DNA of 64,000 bases. Source: Gnetum montanum (lineage: Eukaryota > Plantae > Gnetophyta). Positions 38,801-49,900 of this stretch are shown piece by piece (positions within the stretch are counted from its first letter, which is position 1; each line of letters begins with the position of its first letter). The translations under genes and the position numbers were made by a program. Under the pieces are notes generated by a model, which did not search any database, was not told the DNA's origin, and saw only the letters and a list, made by a program, of their open reading frames with translations. The stretch covers positions 59,349-123,348 of the forward strand of contig MNCI01001499.1 of NCBI GenBank assembly GCA_015680685.1, read 5' to 3'.

Positions 38801-39360
38801 TAGCCATGAATATGATACCATATTCTATTGTTGACAAACTAGGCCTAACCGAGAACATCCAAGTGACTAGTACCTTAGCACTCAAGTCATTTAATGGCTC
38901 ATGAGTAGTAGTGCAAGGTTCCATCTCTTTGGACTTCATAGCTAGTGAACACTTTCCCACATTCACCAACTTCTTAGTAGTTGAAGAGACACCTAGGTTC
39001 AACTTGATCCCAATGAGACCATGGTTGGTGAAGCTTCGAACAGTTTCATCTCCTATACATCAAAAGGTTCACTTTCCCTACAAAGGTGGGGAAATTGTGA
39101 TCCATGGGGACAATGTGTCACTATCTTTAGTTAACTATGTCAACATTGATCAACATTCAGAGGTAGAGTTTCAATAGAAAACTCCTGACACTCAAACTAC
39201 GACCAACAATAAGGAGAACAACAACAATGTGAATGATGCCAACTCTGTGACACAAGATAAACAAAAATGCCTACACCTTGTCATGCTAAACGAGAGAAAT
39301 GGTGACCATAGAATCATGCCAAAAGGATTCCTCAATTTCTCAAAAATCAAGCAAAATGTT
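35866..39360 (+). pseudogene. gag: Disrupted gag-protease of D
   Basis: gag core at about 36800-37400, knuckle CHYHQLAGHD at about 37773, protease HVHVDDKVAMNMIP..FNLIPMRPWL..SPIHQKVHFPYKGGE. Confidence 0.85.
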
Positions 39361-39492
39361 CATGGTAAATGTCTCATCCATTCTTTTGCCAATCATTTAT
39401 TTACCTTTACAACATTATATCATGTTTCAATGTTTGCTCTAACCCTATGTGCTCTTTCGAGAGCATCCCATACTTGCTAGGCAAGTATGGAT

Positions 39493-39590
39493 AATGGTCT
39501 GCTAAGGCCTAAAACTAACAACATTATGGCCTACTAGGGCCTAAAATTGGTAAAGCATTGGTTTGCTAGGACCTTAGACTAGTAAGCATA
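39493..39590 (+). repeat. Three hairpin-TAAAC units after the protease of D; further units at 42011-42040, 42355-42410 and 42975-43075
   Basis: ggtctgctaaggcctaaaactaac, ggcctactagggcctaaaattggta, ggcctaccatggccttaaactggca. Confidence 0.82.
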
Positions 39591-41397
39591 GTGACCTTTT
39601 AGCTAATCTACTCAATGACATCGTATGCGAGTTTAGTTTACTTATATGCATATATCTTGGTGCAAAATTATCATTATGGCATGTTTTTATCTACTAATTT
39701 TAGTTTATAGCCTCATTACATTTACCATCTATGTTTACATGAAGCATATAAAACATAAACATCTAAAACTAACACATAGCCGTAGTCACACTATGTGATA
39801 ACAATTAAAAAAAATACCAAAATGTCCATATGTCTATGACCATAGTTACACCATGCAACATGCAACAATATGAACAAGATGTAGCCATCAACAAGTTCAC
39901 CAAATCAAACAAACTAAGCAATGAGAGGAAAAGGGGGGCTCATTAAGTACATCATTGCCAATTGCATCAACATCATCACATGAGACCGACAAACAACCAT
40001 AAACCAGGCAAGCATTAGTAACCATTATAGCTGTAACACGACTATTAAACTCATTAAAAAATAAACTTATCCTTTAGGTTTAATAGAGGTCAATGTTTTT
40101 ATAAAACTTGTACGTCAACAACCATACACAAAGATTGAAAAATCGATATACGTTTTAGATCTAAGAGTCAAACCCATAAGGAAATCCGAATATCATAGTT
40201 GCTGTGAAAACTCTTGGTTTACAAGCCAGGTTCAGTTATTTGATTTATAGAATATTATCAAAGATTAAGCAGCAAACTTACACCCATGGCCCGAGACATT
40301 GGAGGTGTCTATTTTGGATGTTCAAAGGACAATGCACAAGTCTGTTGGAATATTTAATGCTTTATACTTTTTATCAAATACCTAGGAAAAAACCCCCGAC
40401 AGAGTTGCTTCTTGTACCATCGCATAGCTTAAATCATTTTTGCAGGCAATGTATACTTGCCATCTTACTTGGACAAAGATTTAAAGGGATCTTATACCCG
40501 CACCACACAAAATGACAAACAGGTCACTGGTTCAACTCCCCACTATGGTAGTAACCCACGTTAAAATACAAACAACTCCTGGTGATTGAAAATACAGAAT
40601 CCGCCCCCTATTCAGTAACATAATATACAAAACAGAATTTCCGTGGTGCGTAGCGGCAGGGAAGCCTCAATTGTGGAGCTACGCAACCCTTGGCCTGTGT
40701 GGCTCTCGATGGATGCAAGCTACCCTGTTTGACGCACAGCTAGGAAAACATTTTTAATGGAATGTCGTCAATGTAGTCAAACTGTTGCCTACTACTGATT
40801 TCTGCTGTTCCTGCGCTTATTTTGCTGGTCAGTGCGGAATCGAACCTTAGATGATGATGATGAGGCTATTATATTTATTTTGTGGATGCAAGCCAATCCA
40901 ATTCTCCTGTTGTTTCAAAAAAAAAAACTCGATTCAACGGAGGCCGTTTTTCACTGTGGCATTTGCAGTAGTCTTACCTTTGGCCCGTTTTTTCAAAACT
41001 TTGCTGTGAATAGTGAAATCGACGGTGATGCTGGTTACGTTTGCCCGTATTGTTAATAATAATAATAATAATAATGACAATTCTATGTTCTTTTGGCTGA
41101 ATAAAGATTGTCCTTTTCTGAAACAAAACAAGGACAGTCAGCTGAAAGAGGTAGTTGGCATGTACAATCCCATAGCCAAACCTTGCATTTTATTCATGAG
41201 ACATGCTTCCTTACAATTCATGGCCCATAGCCAAAATTCGCCAACCTGAGACATGCTTGCTTCGCGACAGGCCCTTAAAACAACAACATCAAATTCTTTT
41301 TCAGTTTCAACTCAGCAGCAGTCTGTATCTCTGCTGCGCTACAACATTTTCGCTCCTGTTTCTGTTTCTGCGCTTGTGCTTGTCAATGATCCTGTTA

Positions 41398-41788
41398 ATG
41401 GCAGCAGCAGTTGTAGCCTGTTAAACATTCTGTTGTCATTAACGGTAGCAGCACCAACCCCCCGATGCTGTGCAGTTCGTCTCTGCTAGTCTAGAATGGC
41501 TGCCTCCACCAGGGCCATAGTCGGTATTGTTATGTATACCAAATCTCAATGCCCGTATGCAATAAAGAAGGTTCTTTTTGATCACCTTGGAATGGAGATT
41601 CTGGTGATTGAACTGAATGATCTTGGACCTGTAAACAATAAGTTTTGAACGCATCGAAGAGGTCGACAAGTCAATTAACGGTGCCATACATTTTTATCAA
41701 AGGTGAGTTCATCAGAGGATGCAGTGACACGATGTTGCTGCATATTAAAGGAAAGTTCATTCCCCTATGGTACCATAATGTACCATAA
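41398..41788 (+). pseudogene. Intronless, frameshifted class I glutaredoxin, most like plastid GrxC5/GrxS12
   Basis: IVMYTKSQCPYAIKKVLFDHLGMEILVIELNDLGP (from 41526), frameshift near 41640, then STSQLTVPYIFIKGEFIRGCSDTMLLHIKGKFIPL; active-site CPYx, TVP and G-CxD motifs; Ala/Ser/Arg-rich transit-peptide-like leader. Confidence 0.85.
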
Positions 41789-43438
41789 TGAATAAAATAA
41801 CAATAAAAATAACTATATATATAAATTTTATTAAACATATGCTAAATCTAAGACCGTTTGAATATGACGTCACCTAGTTTACCGTATTTTACCTTGTTTT
41901 ACTCAATTTTATTCTCTTTTTCCAATGATGTTACTTAATATGACCTTGTTTTATTAAGTTTTATCTTGCCTTAGCCTCACAATGACCTTGCCAATGAAAC
42001 AAACCCTTAACATGGCCTACCATGGCCTTAAACTGGCAAAATGTAACCTTATTTAACTACATTCTCCCATCATTTGGCATCATTTGGACCTTGGTTCACT
42101 TAATTTGACATCATTTGCTATCATTTGACATCAATAAGGCCTTATTTGGCCTTGTTTGACACAATTTTATGTGGTTTTGATCATTATTTGACCTTCATGT
42201 GATCTCATTATGCATCATTTGGGCTTTGTTTCATCCTATTTTCTTTAGCGTATCCCTTATAACCTTTATTGACCATGTTTCACTCTAGTTAGCCTTTGAT
42301 TGGTGGATGGCGATGGCTTGACTATCTTTGACCATCATTTGACACCATGTAACCATGCCCTACCAAGGCCTTAAACTGGCACCATGGCCCACTAAGGTCT
42401 AAAACTAGAAAAAGTGTAACCATATTTAATCATGATTAACCTTTTATTACCTTGTATTACCTTATAACCTTTGATGACATTACTTGGATACTTTCATGGC
42501 CTTTGTTTCAATGGTTTATCTTATTTATGCATTATTACCATAGTATTTTGCAGTATGGTTAGCATTATTTTACTGGTTTTATCAGTTTTTATCATTTTGT
42601 TACACAGGTGCCACTTGATGTGCTTATGTTATCATGCAAGGCTGAGCTAGGAGGATGAGGAAGCAAACTTGATTAACCTTAAAACTTAAATAAACCCCTC
42701 TTGTGAGGTTGTTAAACCAAATATCCAGAGCTTAAGCATAGAAACTATTCTATTATACAACCATAACACCCTAAAGTAGCCTGATGATCATTGACCTTGA
42801 AGTTAGAAACATCACAAAGGGTCCCTTAGTTGAAATTTCCCATCTAAACTAAGATGATGAGGAGAAAACACATCAAACTAAGTTCCTCACTAGAACTTAA
42901 GCCTGCTCATGACCTCATCAAACCCTTGCTATGCAACATTAAAGCCATCATATAGCCCCAATTATATCTAACATTAAGACCTTAACAAGGTCCACTAAGA
43001 ATTTAAATTGAAACCATGGACTACCATGGCCTTAAACTAGCAACATAACCTGCCACAACCTTAAACTAGCAACATTGGTGACTTGGGTAGCTTGGTTTTA
43101 ATCTATGGGGTTCATATGCATTGTAATGTAATAACATGCTTTCTTTGTCTAGTTTTCTTGTCCTCTTGGAGTTGTGTTTGCAGGATGAAGGTTGGAACCA
43201 GCATAAGGGTGCAATTCGTTATGGCAGTAAGTCATCACATGACCTCGATGTGTAAGATTTGGTGAGTTTATCCTATTATGTCAAGTGTACTTGTAACATT
43301 GCCCTCCATTTGGCACCACTCCTTTAGCTTAACCTCATAACTTAAATATAACCTTCCATACCTTGAGCAACAATGTTGACCTATGATGACATCCATGCAC
43401 TATGGCCATATGACATTCCTTCATCATGCTCCATCTCC

Positions 43439-43570
43439 AAGTCCACTTGAATGTAACACACCTCATTTCGTGGGAAAGCACTAAGTCCACTAAATGTAAC
43501 ACATCTCATTTGATGAGAAAACCACTAAGTTCGTTGAGTGTAACGTAACTTGCTCGATGAGAAAACCATA
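43439..43570 (+). repeat. Three ~43-45 bp tandem units in the 3' UTR of D
   Basis: aagtccacttgaatgtaacacacctcatttcgtgggaaagcact and two variants. Confidence 0.75.
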
Positions 43571-44007
43571 TCAATCCCTACTTTGGTAATGAAACCCAAC
43601 GAAGGTTTCACCCCACAAAAAGAGGGGATGCAAATTGCCAAGCCAGATGACTAAAGAAAACCTTGGAGTAAAGTGTTGTTTCCTCAAATGCAATTTTCCA
43701 AGCGAACCTCACTTCTAAACATGAAGTGTATAGCCTAAGTTATTTAATTTGCATGTTGGTGGCATACTATAGCCATGGTATCATCACTGGGAATGCATTG
43801 TTAGCCATTATGACCATCTCCCTATGACCTTATTACCACCTCACCATCATAGGCTTACACTATCATCACAAGCATTCTTTGGCATGGTTTAACATGACTA
43901 GATCAAATGTGAAGAGGAAACATTAGTGATGGACATGCAGTGATGTTTTATATTCTTTGTTGATGCCTCTTGGGTCAATCCTTCAAACACCAACAAAGAG
44001 GGACCAT

Positions 44008-44447
44008 TGAAACACCACCAAAATTTGCATGTTGTGATCATATTTCTTCATGTAGTCTTCATTGCATGAAACCCAAGGTAAAACTTCATTGTAAATGTGG
44101 AGGTTGTAACTCATGAGGAGAAATCTCACATATTTCATACTATTGGGATTGAAAAATGCCTCATAAGTGGTCAAAGCCTCATCCCCAAGTGGAAAAAGTC
44201 ATGTAATATCTATATTTGGACTTTGGGAGAGGGATCAAAAATGCCTTTTAGAATGCCAAAAATGGCTATTTGATGATTTTTATGAGGTGTATAACTTCTT
44301 CTACACTCGAAACACTAGCATGAGGGTAGATCTCACCTACCCCTAGCAGAGAGGGGTTTGGGTCATCTATCCCCAACATAGAGGAGTTAAAGTTAGTGTG
44401 GAGGGATGTAGGGGGGTGGATCTCACCTACCCCTATTCTAGAAGAGT

Positions 44448-44487
<40 letters not shown>

Positions 44488-45544
44488 GTGGTTGTAATAA
44501 TTAGCATAGAGGGGTATGACCTTCACCTCCATTGTTGATCCTTCATTCCCCCAACGTTGACACCTCCTCTTGAATGTAGAACTAGCATGGCCAAGATTTT
44601 AACGTTGCATCAACTTTAGCAAGGATCCTGCAATGCCAACATAGAAGGTTAAAGGCCCAACATGGAAGAACAAGGCTAGTGTGGAAGGTGTGCCCCTGTT
44701 ACTATTTTTGATAAACAGAATGGCCATGGGGCTATATCACTTACTATATATGGTAACCTCCCAAATTTTGGCACCTATCCCACCTAAAGTGTAAAAAAAA
44801 TTTGCAGCCAATTTGTAGCCCAATTTGCAATAGAAAGTAAGGCTAAAACCCTATATAAACAAACCCCAAACATCATTTTTAGGTTCCACCCCTTAGGCAT
44901 TGATATACTTTGGGATTTTTTGGATCCAAAAGCTCTTGCAAACTTGAAAAAATGTAGCCTTTTGGATCCATTTAGCGTGGAACCCATGCAACCATTGTTA
45001 CACCGCCCCCGCCCCCACCCCCCNNNNNNAAGATTTGTGCCGCTTTGACAATAATGTTGGGTATCTAGGATCAAAAACTCTTAGCGTTGCTCACTTTGGT
45101 GCCTCAAATTTCTTGTATTTCTCACCCCTTGCATCAAAACGTTGCATATCTATTGCAAGGAGCAACAAAGGTTTGAAAGCATTTGGAGTTTTGGAGCATC
45201 CAGATCATGGAGAAATGAATTACAAACCCCCACTAAAGTAAATTTCCATGCTACCCCAAGTACATTTTTGTATACATTACTTGAACCATTCTTTATTTCT
45301 TTTAAAATAAAGTTTATAGTTCTGTTTGTATCCAAGATAGATTTATTTGTTCCATTTTAGTGCATTTATTTTCTCATATTTTTATTTTTCTATTCACGTT
45401 TTGCATTTTCTAAGTTCTTGGTTAATCTACTAGACCATATAGGATATCTTGAATCCCATTTTTTGAAGGCCACGGGAATTTAGAATTGAAGCTATTCTGG
45501 GTAGATTTCTGGCTTCCCAATAGTTGTAATTTTCAATTGCTACA
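44008..45544 (+). repeat. 3' LTR of element D (contains a ~40-nt poly-G run at about 44447-44486)
   Basis: TGAAACACC...GCTACA termini, PPT upstream, TSD downstream. Confidence 0.9.
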
Positions 45545-46915
45545 ATTGCAAGGACATAGGACTCCCAACAAACACCGCAACCATTTGTGCAAACCTTGTA
45601 GTTTATAGGGACACCACAAGGCCTAGATCAAGCCTTTCAAATGATTCAAGACCTAAAAGAGGAGATGAAAAGGCTTAAAGCCTCTACATATCAAAGCATT
45701 AAGATCATGGACTTCTACCAGGATGATCCCATTAGTCCTGTGATCTTGTCCTTAACGCTTACTCCTAGTATCCTCATCTATTAATTTAGTAAGTATAATG
45801 GAGAAGGTGATCCCAATGCTCATCTTATTACTTTCCAATTTGAGTGCTCACTATTGCAATTTTGACCACATACCATAATGAGGATCTTCCTATGTCTTTG
45901 ATAGAGAAAGCACTTGATTGGTATCATGCCTTACCAAGAGGATCTATATCATTTCTTGAAGACTTGATAGTGTAGTTCATTAACTACTTCAATTATAACT
46001 TGAAGCCTAACACTATTATATGAGGGTCTGAGCCCAGCATGTCCTCATAGGACCATGTGAATGCCTTGACATTATCACTAAGGAATTTAGAGATGCTTTG
46101 TTTGATTTGAGGCTCTAACAAGGAACTAAGTTTTAATGTTTTTGCCTCCCCTTAACATGTTATCATAGGGACTTTTATGAGGGGATCCTCAGTTACATGA
46201 CCTGCCTCTAAGTCTAGAGCTCTGACTAGATGGTCTAGCCATTCTAGCAATATCTCTAGGGATGTTATGTTTGTGTCATAGGTAAGCAATTTAAATTCTA
46301 GGAGTTTAGTGTTCATGCATCTTGTGAATCCACCATAAGGTCCAGTCAAGACTAATGATGAATGAAGACTCTCGTATGCATTCATTTGTGCAATCTTGTT
46401 CAAGAGATCCTAAAAAAAAACCAAAAAAATGTCAAGTAGCACCTATCTTAATAAAGAAAAATGAATAAAATAATGAAGAAAACGCAATAAAAACTTAACT
46501 AGCTGCACAGTATGCCATACAATTGCTAGTTTAAGGTCATAGCAGACCATAGACTAAGAGGTTTGAAATGTGGAACTGAGCTGAATGTTTATTGGGCAAT
46601 TAGAAAAAATACAAAAAATTTTCTAAGTATAGGAAGTTTGAAAAGTTGCAAAATTTTTCTAACCCTGGGTGCTATACTCATCTTGCATTATGCGTGGGAC
46701 ATGGAACGTTCCGGGAGGGTGATGTGTCCTTTAACCTTGAAGGGTATAAATAGAGGTTTTACCATGGTAAACCTGCTATTTTCAATGTTAGAGCCAATAG
46801 TCATCCAAGTGTAGCAGGGTCAAGGTAGAGCGTAACAACAACAGAGGGAAGCTAGAGCATGACAAAGAGGAAGCTAGAACATGACAAAGAGGAAGCTAGA
46901 GCATAGTACCTAAAC

Positions 46916-49900
46916 ATGACACGTTGAAGTGAACGCAAACATCCTAGCCTCACCAATGTTGATGAAAGAGAGTGTACCCTAAGGCACCTTCCTAGGCTAC
47001 ACATTGAGGACCACTAGGAGACACCGTCGGCTAGGTAAGCTATTACACTCTACCCTTGAGATTCTTTTCTTTTCCCGCTTTTCTACACTTTTTGGGTTTT
47101 TGGGCTTTGGGGGTGGCTTGCTATGGGTAGGAATTATTGCCACCACCATGGCCAGGGATGGGAGTGCACATGATGCATTTTTTATTTTTGCTATTTTTCC
47201 CTATTTTTTTGTGTTGACAATCTTCGACGTCCCATGCCACAGGACAAGAGTTTTCGACGTCCCACACTACAGCGCGAGATGAGGATTTTTTGCATGTCCT
47301 GCACCGTGTGTGCGGAACAAGGGTTTCCTAGGCATCTTGTGCCACAACGTGGAAAAAAATGTTTTTTGGGTGTTCCACACTATGGCACAGGGTAGGGTCT
47401 TCTATGCATCCTGCTCTATGGTGCAGAACAAGGGTTTTAGCATCCTACACCGTAGCACAAAATAAAGGTTTCTTGGTGTCTTGTGATGCAACACAGAATA
47501 GAGGTTTTTGGGTATCCTGTGCCATGGCATAGAATAAGGGTTTTAGCATCTTGCATAGCAGCATGAAACAAGGCTCGATCAGGGTAGCTCAGGGATAATG
47601 CTGGAGTGTAATGATCAAGGAAGGGTGACTGAGAGTCATTTTCGTTATACCAAGATGTCCCTAAGAATGTGACAAAAAGTTAGAAAACATTTTGGGTTCC
47701 CCATGTTACACTTGATAGGAAACATAGTGGATAGTTAGAAATTTTTTTGAAATTTTTATGCTCTATGGGGAGAGTAACCAACACTTAGAAAAAATTTTAA
47801 ATTTTTGCAGTTGTTACACTCTATAGGTAGTATAACTAGCACTTAGAAAAATTTTAAAACTTTTTGGTCAGTTGTTACACTCTGTAGGAAGCATAACTAA
47901 GACTTAGAAATATTTTTATTTTGAAGATGTTACACTCTGTGGGGAGCGTAATCGGCAGAAAATTTTTGATATTTTCTTTAAAATTATAATTCTTGGAAAA
48001 AATGTAAATGTTAGTGTTGTGCGCTATTGGGAACTAGGCATGTTAGATAGGAGTGCCAATGTTCCTTTCTTGTGGGACCTGGTGGAAGGCTAATTATGTT
48101 GAATGTAATTAATTTTTGATTTTTATTTTATGCATTTTAAATTATTTTTTATTTTTTCCAATGCTAATGTTTTCATCTTACTGCTATTGTGGCATTGCAG
48201 CGTCTTGCTGAAATTCTCATTGTGGTAGAATTGGTGGGGATTTTATGTTGTATGAGCGATCTTGTATCAAACATTCCCACACCAAACGCACATGTGGGAC
48301 ACCAAGCAGTTTGGTTCTGGTTGAGTGTGTAGGAATTCTTAGAATTCTTGCTCTGTCACTTCAGTGTGATAATGTGGTCACACTTGTTGGTTGAACCAAT
48401 AGGTGACATAACTAAGACATTATTGCCTGGGGTAAATCGAGGCATTCTAAGGTTTATGTCTAATGAGCTTGCTAAAGATAAAGGGGTAGGGAGCTCGAGC
48501 AAGTTCTAGAAAGATCTCAGACTCTTGTCTAGGATCTAGAGAATGCCTAAGTTCCAATGCTACAATAAGTATAACACCATGTTCCTCACTCGATGCATGC
48601 ACACTATTTTTCAAAACCCACCTAGGATAGTCTATTGCATTGGAGGGTGAGCCTTATTGTGATCTCTTATATTGTCTATTATTTCATGACTTAGGATGCT
48701 AACTACTTTAGTCTATTGCTAGGTTTTTCATTGATGTAGATGGCCTCCATGATGAAGAGGGGCCACTAAAATTGACCAAAAATACCCTATAGGAATTCTC
48801 ATCCCTTGAGAATATGCATGCTAGAATGATTGGACAAGTCAAGGTAGATTTTGTGGAATACCCTAGCAGGTATTTCAAATCTTACAAGAGGTGTCAGACT
48901 CTCGACTGGCTAGAAATTGAGTGGGCAACTTGGATACTAAGTGTAAAGGATATTTTGGTCCCACTACTACTATTCCACACACCATTTATGCTACATAATT
49001 CATGTGTCATTTACTTTCATGCACTTTTAGTTTTATTTTTCATCATGTAGCTAATTTTTCCTTTGCTCATTGCAGTCGTAGCAAAGTCAAGGGAGGTTAC
49101 AGTGGTTAATTTAGGGTGTACTGAGGCCACTCTCCTCTTCAAATACAATGAAGTTGAAAGCTCACAAGGTTGGTTGTGCTACGAGGCCTGAGCAGAGGTA
49201 GTAAAGAATCTTCGGCAGGTTGGGCTCATGGACCTTTTCTTGGTTGTGAACCCAAACATCCTGGTGGCTAAGATGATTGTCCTAGTTGACTCCTTCACTA
49301 AGAGTGCCAATTGCTTCTCCATGCGGGTCTATAATGTGCGAGTGGTCTTTGAGATCAGAAATGAACTCTTCTTGAACCTCTTCGGCATTCCTTTTGAAGG
49401 TCTATCGGTAGCAAAGAAGATTGATAAGGACCTTGACCATAGAGGGGACATCGAGAAATGATTGGACACTAAGGTATATCCATGAAGATGGTGGATTTAC
49501 CTATGGTCCACCACCTCTATCCTATCTTCTAAGCTCATGCATTCCCTAAGCTACTTTCTGAAGGAAAGTTTCTTGAGGTAGAGAAAGCTTGGATCATGAG
49601 AGATGTGATAGAGGAGGAAACATAGTGCAATTGGGCAAACTACCTCATCAATAGCTTATGGGTTGAAATCATCCAGTTATGCAGCTACCTCCAGGCATGA
49701 TCACACGTGCATTTTGCCTTCTTTGTAGCATGCCTATGAAGATTTGTAGAACTCTTAGTGGTCCGCAAAAATGGGCAATGGATGATGCAAGATCACATCT
49801 AGATCTCCAAGCTATGGATCCACCACTTGTTCCGCACCACATGGTCATAGGATCCCCTAGAGGCAATTGGTGAGTCATTCTTAGTGACGACTAAAGGCCA

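Larger units (their letters stand above)
33593..45544 (+). mobile_element. Element D: pol-less (gag-protease only) LTR element nested in gag of C, carrying a glutaredoxin fragment
   Basis: LTRs 33593-35081 and 44008-45544, TSD atagc/attgc, PBS 35088-35104, PPT aaagaggg at about 43995-44002, no RT/INT motifs recognised inside. Confidence 0.88.
30779..46020 (+). mobile_element. Element C: 5' LTR (30779-32186), leader and gag, interrupted by D at 33593-45544 and truncated at about 46020
   Basis: LTR similar to D LTRs; gag N-terminal region about 32780-33592 resumes at 45550-46020 (DFYQDDPISP..KYNGEGDPNAHL..ALDWYHALPRGSISFLEDL). Confidence 0.8.

Noticed and set aside
39493-39590. preQ1-I riboswitch similarity (hairpin plus A-rich tail ending CUA)
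   Set aside because: Only topological; loop too short, ligand-binding residues absent, and no biological rationale in a plant TE
40520-40545. tRNA/SINE B-box-like ggtcactggttcaactcc
   Set aside because: No A box or cloverleaf; too short to support a call
40832-41056. ORF with CGIC...CPYC suggesting a zinc finger or redoxin
   Set aside because: GTG start, no homologous context recognised, overlaps an AAT microsatellite region; likely chance
44266-44532. Poly-proline ORFs (also 34490-34672)
   Set aside because: Translations of G/C homopolymer runs within LTRs
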